Position numbers and translations under genes: made by a program | Notes under the pieces: generated by a model | Database searches by the model: none | Told to the model about the DNA's origin: nothing | The model's input: only the letters and a program-made list of their open reading frames with translations | DNA from: Pseudomonadota bacterium | GTDB lineage: Bacteria; UBA10199; 2-02-FULL-44-16; DYJF01 | Assembly: GCA_043823065.1 (NCBI GenBank) | Contig: JBDRBB010000010.1 | Span: 96,001 to 160,000 of the forward strand | Length of the DNA stretch: 64,000 nucleotides | Reading direction: 5' to 3' | In this document: positions 10,646 through 24,587 of the stretch, piece by piece | How positions within the stretch are numbered: the first letter of the stretch is position 1 | Layout of the letters: each line of letters opens with the position of its first letter

Positions 10646-12061
10646 TTAAATGATCCGCCTTTTGCCTAGTTCTTCTTTAAGGCGCGGCAAAAGCCCATCA
10701 AAAGCCCCATTGGACATCACTAAAATTACATCCTGGCGATTAGCAACGCGTGTAATATATTCCAAAATATATTCTGTTTTGGAAATATAATGAGCGTCCA
10801 CACCTCTACGCATGATTGCATCAGCCACTGCTTGTCCGTTAAAACGCTCTGCTAAAGGAATTTTTTCTGCAGCAAAAACTGGGGCAAGTATAACTCGGTC
10901 GGCCAAAGACAGTGCATCTATATATTCTTTTTGGAAAAAATTACGCCTGCTTGTATTGGATCTGGGCTCAAAAATTGCCCATAATCTACGGTTTGGATAT
11001 TTTTGTCTAATGGCAGCTATTGTTTTGGCCACTGCTGTTGGATGGTGGGCAAAATCATCAACCAAAGTAATGGAATTAACTTCGGCAAAAATTTCCTGTC
11101 GTCTTTTTACACCTTCAAAACTTACTAAACCTTTTTGAATATCTTCTTTGTTTATTCCCTGTTGTAATAAAACTGCAATGCTGCCAATGGCATTTAAGAG
11201 ATTATGTTCTCCGGCCAAAGGTAATCTAAAGCTGCCCTTAAATTTTGGTCCAATCAATTCAAACACTGTTTCATCAGTAGCATAAATTATCTCAACAGGA
11301 TGATAATCTACCTGGTCTGTTAAACCATAAGTTAGTACTTTGGCTTTGGTTTGACCCAAAATCTCTCTAACATTTACCTCATCACCATTTGCCACGACCA
11401 ATGCGTTGCTGGGCAAACCTCTTAATAGTTTAATAAAGGATTGTTTGATTTGATTTAGATCTTGATAAATATCTGCATGATCAAACTCAATACTAGTAAG
11501 CAAAACCACCTGTGCTTGATAATGTAAAAATTTTGGTCCTTTATCAAAAAAGGCTGTGTCATATTCATCACCTTCTAAAACAAAAAAATTTCCTTTGCCT
11601 AGTTTTGCACTTTGACCGAAATTTCTACCAACGCCACCAATAAAAAAACTTGGATCTTGTTTGCTTGCTTCCAAAAGCCAAGCCAATAAAGTTGAGGTTG
11701 TTGTTTTACCATGCGTTCCACACACTACTATGGGTTTTTTCTTGTCTAAGAAAAAGTTGCTAATAGCCTGGGGCATGGAACAATAAGCAATATCCTGGTT
11801 TAAAACCGCCTGTGCTTCCTCGTTTTCTTTTCTAATAACATTGCCAATAACCACCAAGTCCGGGCGCGGATTTAGATGTTTGGCTGCATATCCCTCATAA
11901 ATATTAATTTTGAGCTGGGCCAATTGATCACTCATAGGAGGGTATAGTTTTTCATCACTCCCACTAACTTGCAGTCCTTTATTCACCAGCAATCGCGCCA
12001 AAGAACCCATGCCTGTGCCACCAATTCCTAAAAGGTGGACGTGTTTTAGATTGTTTTTCAT
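10646..12061 (-). CDS. mpl: Murein peptide ligase Mpl
   Basis: GIGGTGMGSLA, GTHGKTTT, EGDEYDTAFFDKGPKF, DDFAHHPTA, FEPRSNT. Confidence 0.92.
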   Translation of the reverse strand: MKNNLKHVHLLGIGGTGMGSLARLLVNKGLQVSGSDEKLYPPMSDQLAQLKINIYEGYAAKHLNPRPDLVVIGNVIRKENEEAQAVLNQDIAYCSMPQAISNFFLDKKKPIVVCGTHGKTTTSTLLAWLLEASKQDPSFFIGGVGRNFGQSAKLGKGNFFVLEGDEYDTAFFDKGPKFLHYQAQVVLLTSIEFDHADIYQDLNQIKQSFIKLLRGLPSNALVVANGDEVNVREILGQTKAKVLTYGLTDQVDYHPVEIIYATDETVFELIGPKFKGSFRLPLAGEHNLLNAIGSIAVLLQQGINKEDIQKGLVSFEGVKRRQEIFAEVNSITLVDDFAHHPTAVAKTIAAIRQKYPNRRLWAIFEPRSNTSRRNFFQKEYIDALSLADRVILAPVFAAEKIPLAERFNGQAVADAIMRRGVDAHYISKTEYILEYITRVANRQDVILVMSNGAFDGLLPRLKEELGKRRII

Positions 12062-12090
12062 ATTGATTTTTGAAAATAGCTTTATTTTTG

Positions 12091-13173
12091 CTATTTTTCA
12101 AGGATTTCAGTGATTATCACATCATGAATTTTGGGGCGAAAACCCTTTATTTTTTCATTGGTAGCAGAAGGATGAACCCTATTGGAAAGCAAAATAACCC
12201 AAAAGCCTTGAGCTAAATCAATCCAAATGGAACAACCAGTAAAACCAAGATGTCCAATACTCTGTTTGGAAAAATGATGGCCAGCAGCTGAGTTTTGAGT
12301 GGCTGGTGTATCCCAACCACCTAAAAACAAACGAGATTCAGGTTTTCCGAGTTTTCTTTTTTGTTGGTTTATAGATTCAAAATTAATAAAGTTGCGCACC
12401 ACTTCTTGAGAAATTAACCTTGATTGGCCTTGATAGCAAGCCACCAACTCTTTGGTAAACTCGTGTAAATCTAGGGCTGTGGAAAAAAGTCCAGCATGAC
12501 CGGCCACTCCACCTAAAGCATAGGCGTTTTGATCATCAACTTCTCCTTTAATAATTCTCTCCCTCCATGGACAATCTTCAGTAGGTGCAAAACGATGCTG
12601 ATTTTTTCCTTTCTTAGTTATAAAAAAAGTATTTTTGAGCTGACATGGCTTGGCTATATACTGGACAAACAAATTATCCAGCTTGTCTTGGCCTGCTTGT
12701 TCCACTATTTCACCTAAAAAAATATAACCCAAATCACTATAAACAGTCTCTTTTCCTGGCTCATTGATTAATGGTTCTTGATAACAAGCATTTATTAAAA
12801 ACTTTTTACCCTCTTCTGTACCAATTAATTCTAACGGCAGTTCCCTATAAAACGGCTGCCAGGAAGGCAAGCCTGAGGTATGATCCAACAAATTCGCAAC
12901 TGTAATCTTGCGATGCCAAGGCTTGTCAGCTCCTGCTAACCATTGATAGGCTGTATCACTAAGTTTCAATAGACCCTTGGCATTCAACAACATAACCAGC
13001 GTAGCTGTACAAACAGGCTTGGTTAACGAAGCAATATCAAAACAGGTTCCTTCTCTGGCATTACCATATTGTTTATGATAGATAATTTGTCCCTGCTTTG
13101 CTACCAACAGATCTGCAGCAGGAAAAACTCCCTGAGTTATTGCTTTTTCCATTTCTTGATCAATGATATTCAT
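12091..13173 (-). CDS. Serine hydrolase, beta-lactamase class C-like
   Basis: FDIASLTK (SxxK), YSDLG, GHAGLFS, GHLGFTG, SNRVHP. Confidence 0.9.
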   Translation of the reverse strand: MNIIDQEMEKAITQGVFPAADLLVAKQGQIIYHKQYGNAREGTCFDIASLTKPVCTATLVMLLNAKGLLKLSDTAYQWLAGADKPWHRKITVANLLDHTSGLPSWQPFYRELPLELIGTEEGKKFLINACYQEPLINEPGKETVYSDLGYIFLGEIVEQAGQDKLDNLFVQYIAKPCQLKNTFFITKKGKNQHRFAPTEDCPWRERIIKGEVDDQNAYALGGVAGHAGLFSTALDLHEFTKELVACYQGQSRLISQEVVRNFINFESINQQKRKLGKPESRLFLGGWDTPATQNSAAGHHFSKQSIGHLGFTGCSIWIDLAQGFWVILLSNRVHPSATNEKIKGFRPKIHDVIITEILEK

Positions 13174-14066
13174 AAACTAAATTCAAACTCTGGGACATGA
13201 TTTACGTGGGCATTTAAAATTAATTTCGCACCTAAAGGTAAGGTTAAAAATTTATTGGTATGACCCGCTGGGAAATCAATCACTATTGGACCTTGAAAAT
13301 CTTTTAATACATCTTGGAGCATGTCTACCAAGTCTTTCTGGGCAAATATTGGCACCCCCAAAGAACCAAACACCAGACCTTTAACCTTGGCTAACTTGCC
13401 GGCGTTTTTCAATTGAGTTAACATACGATCTAAAAAATATATTTTTTAAATTACATCTTCGATAAACAAAATTTTATTTTTTGTTTCAATCTCATAGCTG
13501 GTACCCAAACTGCTGTTAAGCAAAGACAAACAACCACCAACCAGCTCTGCCCTGGCCTGTCCTGATTTTAGGGTTTTTCCTTCTGAAAACTTTAAATTAC
13601 TTAATTCTAAAGTTAAGGAATTAAGTAAACTATCCCTGGTGGCAACATCAACTTCATGACCAAGTTGGGTTATCACTGGTCCATAAAAAGTTGGTGTTTG
13701 TACTTCCTGTCTTAAAAAGGTAAGTAGGGCTGTTGTATCACTAAAACCCACAACAGGCTTAATGTTTGCTTTAATTTTGCTAATATTTAATAAGGGAATG
13801 ATGCGCTGAGATCCATATCCACCACGCGCAAATAAAATGGCTTTAATATCGTCTTTTTGCAACAATTCGGTTAATTCCTCGGCCCGTCTTTGATCGCTTC
13901 CAGCCAAATAACGTTCTTGGGAAAAAATATCCTCTCTATAATAAACATTAAAACCCAGCTCTTTTATAAACTTGATGCCCTGGTGAAATTTATTTTGATC
14001 AAAACAGGCGGCCGGTGCTGCAATTCCTATAATATCTCCTGGTTTCAAAGTCTTAAATTTTTTCAT
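13170..14066 (-). pseudogene. ldcA: LD-carboxypeptidase (S66) with in-frame TAA at 13446-13448
   Basis: RGGYG, GFSDTT, IEDVI*KIYFLDRML continues in frame to PAGH. Confidence 0.8.
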
Positions 14067-14071
14067 GTTTT

Positions 14072-17655
<3,584 letters not shown>

Positions 17656-17892
17656 AAATTTCTCCTTAAAGAATTTTATTAAATATATTTAAAAACTAGT
17701 AATAGTAGTAGCACGGTGGAAAACTAGGATAACCAAGTAAACAGTCTAATAAAAAAAGGTAATTGGTTGTGGACTAGTTTTGAATAAGTACCATTTTTTT
17801 ATTTTTTTTACACAAGCAGTAATGAGTAAATCACCAGGTAAAGGGTTGTCAACAAACAATTAGCAAGATATCCACAAACACCTGGGGAAAAA
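17656..17892. promoter_or_regulatory. oriC: Probable oriC region between dnaA and dnaN
   Basis: AT-rich tract plus DnaA-box-like 9-mers (ATATCCACA 17868-17876, TTGTCAACA 17846, TGTGGACTA 17768, TTTGAATAA 17779). Confidence 0.7.
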
Positions 17893-19233
17893 TTAATGAC
17901 AGATGGTTCTTTCTATAATGCCAATGTCTTCTTGCAAGCCGGAGTGTGATACTAATAGGGCCTCAATCTTTTTACAAGCATGCATAACTGTGGTGTGATC
18001 TTTTCCCCCAAACCTAATGCCTATTTCAGGGAAAGAAGAAGATGTTAGCTTTTTGCATAAATACATGGCTATTTGACGGGGATAAGCTAGATTTTTGGTG
18101 CGGCGTGGAGATTTCAAATCAGCAACGCTTATCTTATAGAATTCAGCTACAGTGCGCTGAATGGATTCAATGGTATAGGTAGGGGCTCGGTCCTGAATAA
18201 TATTGCGTAACACCTCTTTGGTTAATTCTAGGGAAGTTTTGGCTTTGGTTAGGGAGGCAAATGCAGAAACACGGATTAAAGAACCTTCTAATTCGCGAAC
18301 ATTAGATTTAATGGAGCTAGCCAAAAACATCGCTACATCGTCTGGACAATAGATATTTTCCAAATCAGCTTTTTTCTTTAAAATTGCCACTCTGGTTTCT
18401 AAATCAGGTGGTTGAATATCTGCAATCAACCCCCATTCAAAACGAGAACGCAGGCGATCCTCTATTCCTGGGATTTCTTTAGGAAGTTTATCGCTGGTCA
18501 GTACAATTTGGCGATGAGAATCATGAAGGCAATTAAAAGTATAAAAAAACTCATCTTGAGTTCGTTCTTTTCCAGCAATAAATTGAATATCATCAATTAA
18601 TAAAACATCTAAATTTTCCCGATATTTCTGTCTAAGTTCTGGCATCTTATCATAGCGAATGCCATTAATAACTTCATTGGTAAAAGTCTCTGCGCTTACA
18701 TAAAGGACATTTAGGTTAGGCCTTTGCTGTAATATCTTTAAGCCCACAGCATGTAAAAGATGGGTTTTTCCCAGGCCCACACCACCGTAGATGAATAATG
18801 GATTATAGTGGCCGCCTGGTAGGTCTGCTACTGCCTGACAAGCAGCATGCACAAATTGATTAGAAGATCCCACTACAAAACGCTCAAAATCATATTTAAG
18901 ATTTAAATTTGATATAGTTTTTGCCTTTGTTGAAGTTAAAATTGGCACTATTGGTTCTTTGGGTTTTTCCAAACGAGTTTCTATTGGTTCAGGGCCAGCA
19001 ACAACTTCAAAAAGCAGTTTTAGATCTGATTTGGTTATTTCCTGAAGCTCTTGGCGAACTACGTCACTATAATAATCATTAATCCAATCAGCCACAAATT
19101 TATTGGGAACATATAAGGTAAATGTATTGTCTGTAAGTTGGGCTTTAGAGATGGGGCGAATCCAGGTGTTATAGTTTAACTCGCTGATTTTATTCTGTAA
19201 TTTCTCTTTTAGTTGGTCGAGAATTGGATACAT
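17893..19233 (-). CDS. dnaA: Chromosomal replication initiator DnaA
   Basis: YNPLFIYGGVGLGKTHL, DDIQF, SNVRELEG, GGKDHTTV; start MYPIL at 19233. Confidence 0.98.
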   Translation of the reverse strand: MYPILDQLKEKLQNKISELNYNTWIRPISKAQLTDNTFTLYVPNKFVADWINDYYSDVVRQELQEITKSDLKLLFEVVAGPEPIETRLEKPKEPIVPILTSTKAKTISNLNLKYDFERFVVGSSNQFVHAACQAVADLPGGHYNPLFIYGGVGLGKTHLLHAVGLKILQQRPNLNVLYVSAETFTNEVINGIRYDKMPELRQKYRENLDVLLIDDIQFIAGKERTQDEFFYTFNCLHDSHRQIVLTSDKLPKEIPGIEDRLRSRFEWGLIADIQPPDLETRVAILKKKADLENIYCPDDVAMFLASSIKSNVRELEGSLIRVSAFASLTKAKTSLELTKEVLRNIIQDRAPTYTIESIQRTVAEFYKISVADLKSPRRTKNLAYPRQIAMYLCKKLTSSSFPEIGIRFGGKDHTTVMHACKKIEALLVSHSGLQEDIGIIERTICH

Positions 19234-19239
19234 ATAATG

Positions 19240-19271
19240 ATATTCACATCTATATCCACAGCTGTGGATAA
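19240..19271. promoter_or_regulatory. DnaA boxes upstream of dnaA
   Basis: Perfect TGTGGATAA at 19263-19271 in inverted orientation to ATATCCACA at 19252-19260. Confidence 0.85.
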
Positions 19272-19451
19272 CCTTTTTATACAAAAAACTCTTTACTATC
19301 TGTGTAGTTATGTATATGTAGCGACTTCAATTTAAGTCACAGACAGGAAAAAAACATTTCTACCAATATTTGGTCTCCTAGTCAGAGTGGCCTCAGTTTG
19401 CAAGAAAAAAATATATCTATTTAGTTTTAGTTGAGGAAGGAGCTAATTAAT

Positions 19452-19586
19452 ATGAAAAGAACCTATCAACCCGGAAAAAAATATAGAAAGCGCGTACATG
19501 GGTTTAAGAAAAGAATGAGAACCAAAGGCGGCAGAAAAGTTATAGCCAATAGAAGACGTAAAGGACGCGCCCAAGTTTCAGCCTAA
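19452..19586 (+). CDS. rpmH: 50S ribosomal protein L34 (not in the ORF track)
   Basis: Manual translation [51 protein letters not shown]. Confidence 0.97.
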   Translation: MKRTYQPGKKYRKRVHGFKKRMRTKGGRKVIANRRRKGRAQVSA

Positions 19587-19591
19587 AATCT

Positions 19592-19939
19592 ATGTTGCAG
19601 TTTTCCAAGCAAGACAGGTTGCTAAACGAAGCAGAGTTTACTCAAGTCAAAAATAATGGAATTAAGGTAGGGGGAGAATCAATATTTTTATCATTTTTGC
19701 CTGGGCCTAGAAAAAGACTTGGGGTAATAGTATCAAAAAAAGTCGGCAACGCAGTTATCAGGAACAAAATCAAGAGGATCATGCGGGATTTTTTTCGGGT
19801 TAACAGACAGGATTTTTTGTCTGGTGATTTTGTCTTTGTAGCCAAAAATCAAGCAGCTAAACAAACCAGCCAGGAGCTGCGTCAACAAATTGCCAAACTT
19901 CTGCAACGGCTCAGCAAGAAAACAGAAAACAAAACATGA
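19592..19939 (+). CDS. rnpA: RNase P protein component
   Basis: RLGVIVSKKVGNAVIRNKIKR; synteny. Confidence 0.95.
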   Translation: MLQFSKQDRLLNEAEFTQVKNNGIKVGGESIFLSFLPGPRKRLGVIVSKKVGNAVIRNKIKRIMRDFFRVNRQDFLSGDFVFVAKNQAAKQTSQELRQQIAKLLQRLSKKTENKT

Positions 19940-20145
19940 AATGGATTTTAATAAAATTAATTAGGATGTATCAGCTTTTTTTAAGTCCATTTTTGGGTAG
20001 GCAATGCAGGTTTTATCCTACCTGTTCAGAATACGGCAAACAGGCGTTACAAGAGCATTCTAGCCGGAAAGCAGTTTTTTTAATTTTAAAACGTTTGCTC
20101 AATTGTCATCCCTTAGGTAAAGGGGGAGTTGATTTTGTACCCTGA
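19936..20145 (+). CDS. yidD: Membrane protein insertion efficiency factor
   Basis: CRFYPTCSEY..CHPLGKGGVDFVP. Confidence 0.95.
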   Translation: MKWILIKLIRMYQLFLSPFLGRQCRFYPTCSEYGKQALQEHSSRKAVFLILKRLLNCHPLGKGGVDFVP

Positions 20146-20157
20146 GGAGGATCATAG

Positions 20158-21852
20158 ATGAAACAGGAACATAAAGGATTATTAGCCATTGTTTTAAGTG
20201 CGGTTGTCTTTATTCTCTGGTATACGGTTTTTTCACCAACGCCCTCTCCAGAACAAGCAGTAGATCAACAGCAGCCAGAAGCCCAAGAGGCAACTCAAAC
20301 AGCAGAGCAAACAACAACTGAAACAAAGGCAGCACCTGAAAACCCAGCGCTTCTTGACGAAAGAGCAGTTCCAGAAAAAATAAGTGTTTTGGAAAACGAC
20401 CTAATTATAGCAGAATTTACCAATCACGGTGCAGTTCCCACAAGCTGGTTATTAAAAAAATATAAGCAACAACACCCAGGAAGTGAAAAAACCAAAAAAC
20501 TAGAACCAGTTAATTTGGCGTTTCTAGAGCCCGGAGAAAAACCAGCTCTAAATCTTACTTTTCAGGATGCCAATTTTCAAATACCAGACAGGCCTAAATA
20601 TGAAACAGTGAGAACAGCGGCCGATGAACTGGTGTACAAGTGGAGCTCCAAGGAAGTAGAAATTGTTAAAACCATTAAACTCCCCCCCAACAGCTATTTG
20701 GCAGATATAGAGGTTTTGGTAAAAAACAAGACCAACAAGGTTATAAGTGAAAGACCTTTGCTTTCTTGGAGCGGGGTTTATCTTCCCAATAAATCATCTG
20801 GTTTTTTTAGTATGTTTAAACAACCGCCAGTTACCAACAAAAACCCGGTTTATTATTTAAATGGTTCAGTGGAAAGAGAGAGCAATGTTTCTAAAATTCC
20901 TTTAGAAGAAGATTTCACCGGAACTGTTTATTGGGCAGGTTTGGAAGATAGATATTTTTTGAGCGCCATTATTCCTCGTGATCAAAGTTCTCAAACCTCA
21001 GCAGAAATCGGAGCTAAAGATATCAGCAACATTCAAGGTGGCCGTAAAGTATATGCTGGAGCTGCCTTGGCCAATTCCTCTGTTCCACCCAATAGCCAGG
21101 TAGTGCATAAATTTTCTGTATATGCAGGTCCTAAAGAAATCAATCAACTCAAAGCAGTTGGCGTACGCTTAGATGAATCAATTGATTATGGCTGGTTCAC
21201 TATTATTGCCATTCCTATTTTATATTTACTTAAGTTTTTCCATAGCGTGGTACACAACTATGGAGTAGCCATAATTTTATTAACTATTTTCATTAAATTG
21301 TTGTTGCATCCCATAAATAAGAAATCCTTAAAATCAATGAAGCAGATGCAAAAACTGCAGCCACGCCTCAAAGAATTACAAAAAAAGTTTGCTGGAGATA
21401 AAACCAAATTAAACACAGAAACCATGCAGCTTTTTAAGGCTAATAAGGTAAATCCTATGGGAGGGTGTTTGCCCATGCTTTTGCAGTTTCCTATATATAT
21501 TGCCTTATACAAAGTTTTGTGGAGCTCCATAGAGCTCTACCGGGCGCCTTTTTTCTGGATATACAAAGATCTTTCAGCCCCAGATCCTTATTATATCACG
21601 CCAATCTTGTTGGGTATTGGCATGGTTCTGCAGCAAAAGATTATGCCTTCAGCAAGCGCTGATCCTGCTCAACAAAAAATGATGATGATTATGCCGGTGA
21701 TGTTTGCGGTATTTATGCTTTTTTTGCCAGTGGGTTTGGTAATCTACATTTTAGTGAACACCACTATGAGCGTTACCCAGCAATGGATGTATAATCATGA
21801 TATTCATTTCCGGGATGTGATTCGAGGAAAGATTAAGTATCAGAAGAGTTAA
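20158..21852 (+). CDS. yidC: Membrane protein insertase YidC
   Basis: IDYGW, NYGVAIILLT, NPMGGCLP, DLSAPDPYY. Confidence 0.97.
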   Translation: MKQEHKGLLAIVLSAVVFILWYTVFSPTPSPEQAVDQQQPEAQEATQTAEQTTTETKAAPENPALLDERAVPEKISVLENDLIIAEFTNHGAVPTSWLLKKYKQQHPGSEKTKKLEPVNLAFLEPGEKPALNLTFQDANFQIPDRPKYETVRTAADELVYKWSSKEVEIVKTIKLPPNSYLADIEVLVKNKTNKVISERPLLSWSGVYLPNKSSGFFSMFKQPPVTNKNPVYYLNGSVERESNVSKIPLEEDFTGTVYWAGLEDRYFLSAIIPRDQSSQTSAEIGAKDISNIQGGRKVYAGAALANSSVPPNSQVVHKFSVYAGPKEINQLKAVGVRLDESIDYGWFTIIAIPILYLLKFFHSVVHNYGVAIILLTIFIKLLLHPINKKSLKSMKQMQKLQPRLKELQKKFAGDKTKLNTETMQLFKANKVNPMGGCLPMLLQFPIYIALYKVLWSSIELYRAPFFWIYKDLSAPDPYYITPILLGIGMVLQQKIMPSASADPAQQKMMMIMPVMFAVFMLFLPVGLVIYILVNTTMSVTQQWMYNHDIHFRDVIRGKIKYQKS

Positions 21853-21869
21853 CAAGATGTCATAAGCAG

Positions 21870-21946
21870 CCGTTCATGGTTCGACAGGCTCACCATGAAC
21901 GGATAAGCATTTAATTCCCCGTTCACCCTGAGCTTGTCGAAGGGTG
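21870..21946. repeat. Paired REP-like elements between convergent genes
   Basis: CCGTTCATGGTTCGACAGGCTCACCATGAACGG plus CCGTTCACCCTGAGCTTGTCGAAGGG. Confidence 0.8.
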
Positions 21947-21960
21947 TCGGGAAGTAATAA

Positions 21961-24186
21961 CTATTTCCTTATTCTCCGCATAATCAGCCCTATAAACGGT
22001 AACAGAACAAGCAGCACAGGGGCGTAGTTAATTGGTCCAACATGAGGCACCAAGATACCGCCGCAACTGCTGGAAGAAGATCCACCACCGCTACCGCAAG
22101 AACTTCCGCCGTAACAAGCAGAGCTGCTATTAATAGTTTGAATAGCTGCCAAAGCATTTACCTTGCCATAACCATAATAATTATTAGGTGTAGCTCCGTT
22201 AACTGGCACATTGGTTGCTGTGCTGGTTAAGGCATTCTTCACTTCAGTGGCTGTAAGACAATTATTTTTTTCTAAAAGCAGAGCTACAATACCAGCTACA
22301 TGGGGGCTGGCCATAGAGGTGCCTTCAAATTTAGCATGGGTGCTATCGCCTAAAATTTCCGAATCAAAACTCATACCCCGTGCAGCGCTAGAAATAATTG
22401 GCTCTCCAGGAGCAACCAAGTCAGGTTTGATGCGAGCCCCAGAGATTTCACCGGTCGGTCCTAAGCTGGAAAATAATGAAACGCTGCCAACAGTGCTGCC
22501 AGTGGCGCCTATGCTAGGATCATATTGATTCTGATTATGTGAGGTACCATTGATGTCTGTCCAAGTAGCGCGATCTATATAAGAACCCACAGTAATCACC
22601 TCAGAAGCGGTACCAGGAACGGTGGTAGTTTTATTGCTATCGCCGTCATTAACGCCGTAGCCATCAGTGCCGGCGATATCAAACGTGTTGATATTTTGAA
22701 AAAAATCTAGAACAGCGGTCTGATCTGGATATAGCCACATATCCCCAGTACACTGCCCACTTGGTGTCCGAAAGATAATATCAAAATTATAACCATTAGT
22801 AGAATTAGTAATATCTGTTGCCCAACTAGTCACTGGCATAATATTAACAATAGCATGGGGCCGGCCATTTTGGCTGTCTGAAGTGTAAGTATAAACATCA
22901 ACCTCTGCTTTATTATCATTAGTAATATTATCTAAGCTGGTGCGGTCTGAGGTAAAATTAATAGCGGTTGTTTTTACGCGAGCAAAGTTGGTGTTGGTGT
23001 TTCCAGGATGATTCCAATAATCTTCATCTTTACGATAAGCCATAACTTCAATTGTAGTGTCGCGGCAAGCAACAGTATCAGCCAGCCAGACATCAACTGT
23101 AGCTGGTGTGCCATAATTGGCAATATAGCTATTGAAAATACCTGCTTTCCAGCCCTGGGCTTGGGCTGAGCTAACTTCAATGGCTGCGTGAATTCCACCA
23201 TAATCATTGCTGACTGCATTGTAATTTACATTTTCATTACCCGCAGCATTAACTATTACGCGACCTTGTTCGCCAGCTACTGCACTATTTAACCCTTCTT
23301 CTAAAAGCGAGGTGTTGTCATGAGCTCCCAAAGAGGTGCCTAAAGAAAGATTAATTACCGCTGGCAAGTCTAGACTATCTGCTTTAGAAAAAATAGCTGC
23401 TACATTTTCCAGCACCTGAGTGGAAAAAGAAAAGGTAGTGCTATCGCTGGTTTCAGCGTTAGTTGCAGAATTAAAACCAAAAGCGATAAAGGACTGAGGA
23501 GCTACTCCTGTATAGGTTGAATTATTACCAGCAGCAATTCCAGTGACATTGGTGCCATGTCCACTATCTAAGGTGCCGCCCTGAACGATATCACAGGAAC
23601 TGTCATCAATTGTAGAGTTAGTGCATTCTTGAACAGCATTAGTGGTGGGGTTCCTTCTTCTCATATAACAGATGCGTGTTGTGCTATTGGTATTTTGAAA
23701 ATCAGCATGATGCCAATCTAGACTGCCATCAACCACGCCTACCAAGACATTTTGGCCGTTATAGGCCTGGCTTAAACCATCACCAGCCTGCACACTAGCA
23801 ACGCCAGTATAGGTTCTAGCAGCATTCATTTTGGGGGTCATGGGTTTGGCTGCTTCCAGATAAACAACTTCATCTAAATTAGAAATTGTCTCCAAATTAT
23901 CCAAAGGGATAGTAACCGACATGATCTGCCCGATCGTAGCCCCGACTTCGCCGCCCGCAATAATAATTTCATGTAAAGTAGAGTCAGGATCTGTGCTTTT
24001 GAGTAGGCAGTCAATTGTGGGAATAGCGCTGGTTAAGTCCAAGCTCTTGCCCAGCATGGCTTTGGCAGTTTCAGGAGAGGAACTAGCTATTCTTAAATAG
24101 CCGTCCATTTTAGATACATCAGCACCAGCAGCGGTTGCTAATAATAAACTTATGCCACAGATACTTGCGGTTACCAATTTTTTCAT
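21961..24186 (-). CDS. Secreted S8 subtilisin-like peptidase with Gly/Ser-Cys-TM-basic C-terminal sorting tail
   Basis: VVDG, HGTNVTG, AAGNE, GTSMASPHVAG; C-terminal GGGSSSSSCGG-TM-RRIRK; start MKKLV at 24186. Confidence 0.92.
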   Translation of the reverse strand: MKKLVTASICGISLLLATAAGADVSKMDGYLRIASSSPETAKAMLGKSLDLTSAIPTIDCLLKSTDPDSTLHEIIIAGGEVGATIGQIMSVTIPLDNLETISNLDEVVYLEAAKPMTPKMNAARTYTGVASVQAGDGLSQAYNGQNVLVGVVDGSLDWHHADFQNTNSTTRICYMRRRNPTTNAVQECTNSTIDDSSCDIVQGGTLDSGHGTNVTGIAAGNNSTYTGVAPQSFIAFGFNSATNAETSDSTTFSFSTQVLENVAAIFSKADSLDLPAVINLSLGTSLGAHDNTSLLEEGLNSAVAGEQGRVIVNAAGNENVNYNAVSNDYGGIHAAIEVSSAQAQGWKAGIFNSYIANYGTPATVDVWLADTVACRDTTIEVMAYRKDEDYWNHPGNTNTNFARVKTTAINFTSDRTSLDNITNDNKAEVDVYTYTSDSQNGRPHAIVNIMPVTSWATDITNSTNGYNFDIIFRTPSGQCTGDMWLYPDQTAVLDFFQNINTFDIAGTDGYGVNDGDSNKTTTVPGTASEVITVGSYIDRATWTDINGTSHNQNQYDPSIGATGSTVGSVSLFSSLGPTGEISGARIKPDLVAPGEPIISSAARGMSFDSEILGDSTHAKFEGTSMASPHVAGIVALLLEKNNCLTATEVKNALTSTATNVPVNGATPNNYYGYGKVNALAAIQTINSSSACYGGSSCGSGGGSSSSSCGGILVPHVGPINYAPVLLVLLPFIGLIMRRIRK

Positions 24187-24218
24187 AATTTCTCCTCGTT
24201 GTTTAATCGCAAAAACCA

Positions 24219-24587
24219 TTATTCTTTAAGAGACATAGGAACTGCAAGTTCTAAAAATTTTACAAATTCAAGATTGGCCACTTCTGGCACGTTTTCGGTT
24301 TTAACGTGGCCGGTAATAATTTTTTTGATTTTTGCTCTTAGAACAAAACCAGCTTGAGCAAGTGTTTTTTCTTGGTCGTTAGAAATTGGTTTAGTTGTCT
24401 TGATTATAGTTTCAAAATCTTGTTGAAAGTTTTTTTGGGAAACTGCTTCTTGCCAGGATTGTTTAAAACGTCCATCTAGTTTATGCCAACCAGGCGTGGA
24501 TTCAAAGGCAGACACGCCTGGGCTGGTTTGTTTGGCTGCACAATTGAAACAACAAAGCATAATCAGCAAAACCAAAAACTTTTTCAT
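24219..24587 (-). CDS. Small lipoprotein resembling the prodomain of the adjacent subtilase
   Basis: Signal peptide with Cys; visual alignment to the S8 N-terminal region. Confidence 0.75.
   Translation of the reverse strand: MKKFLVLLIMLCCFNCAAKQTSPGVSAFESTPGWHKLDGRFKQSWQEAVSQKNFQQDFETIIKTTKPISNDQEKTLAQAGFVLRAKIKKIITGHVKTENVPEVANLEFVKFLELAVPMSLKE

Noticed and set aside
13446..13448. Selenocysteine, pyrrolysine or genetic code reassignment
   Set aside because: The codon is TAA, which ends many normal genes here; a point mutation or sequencing error is simpler
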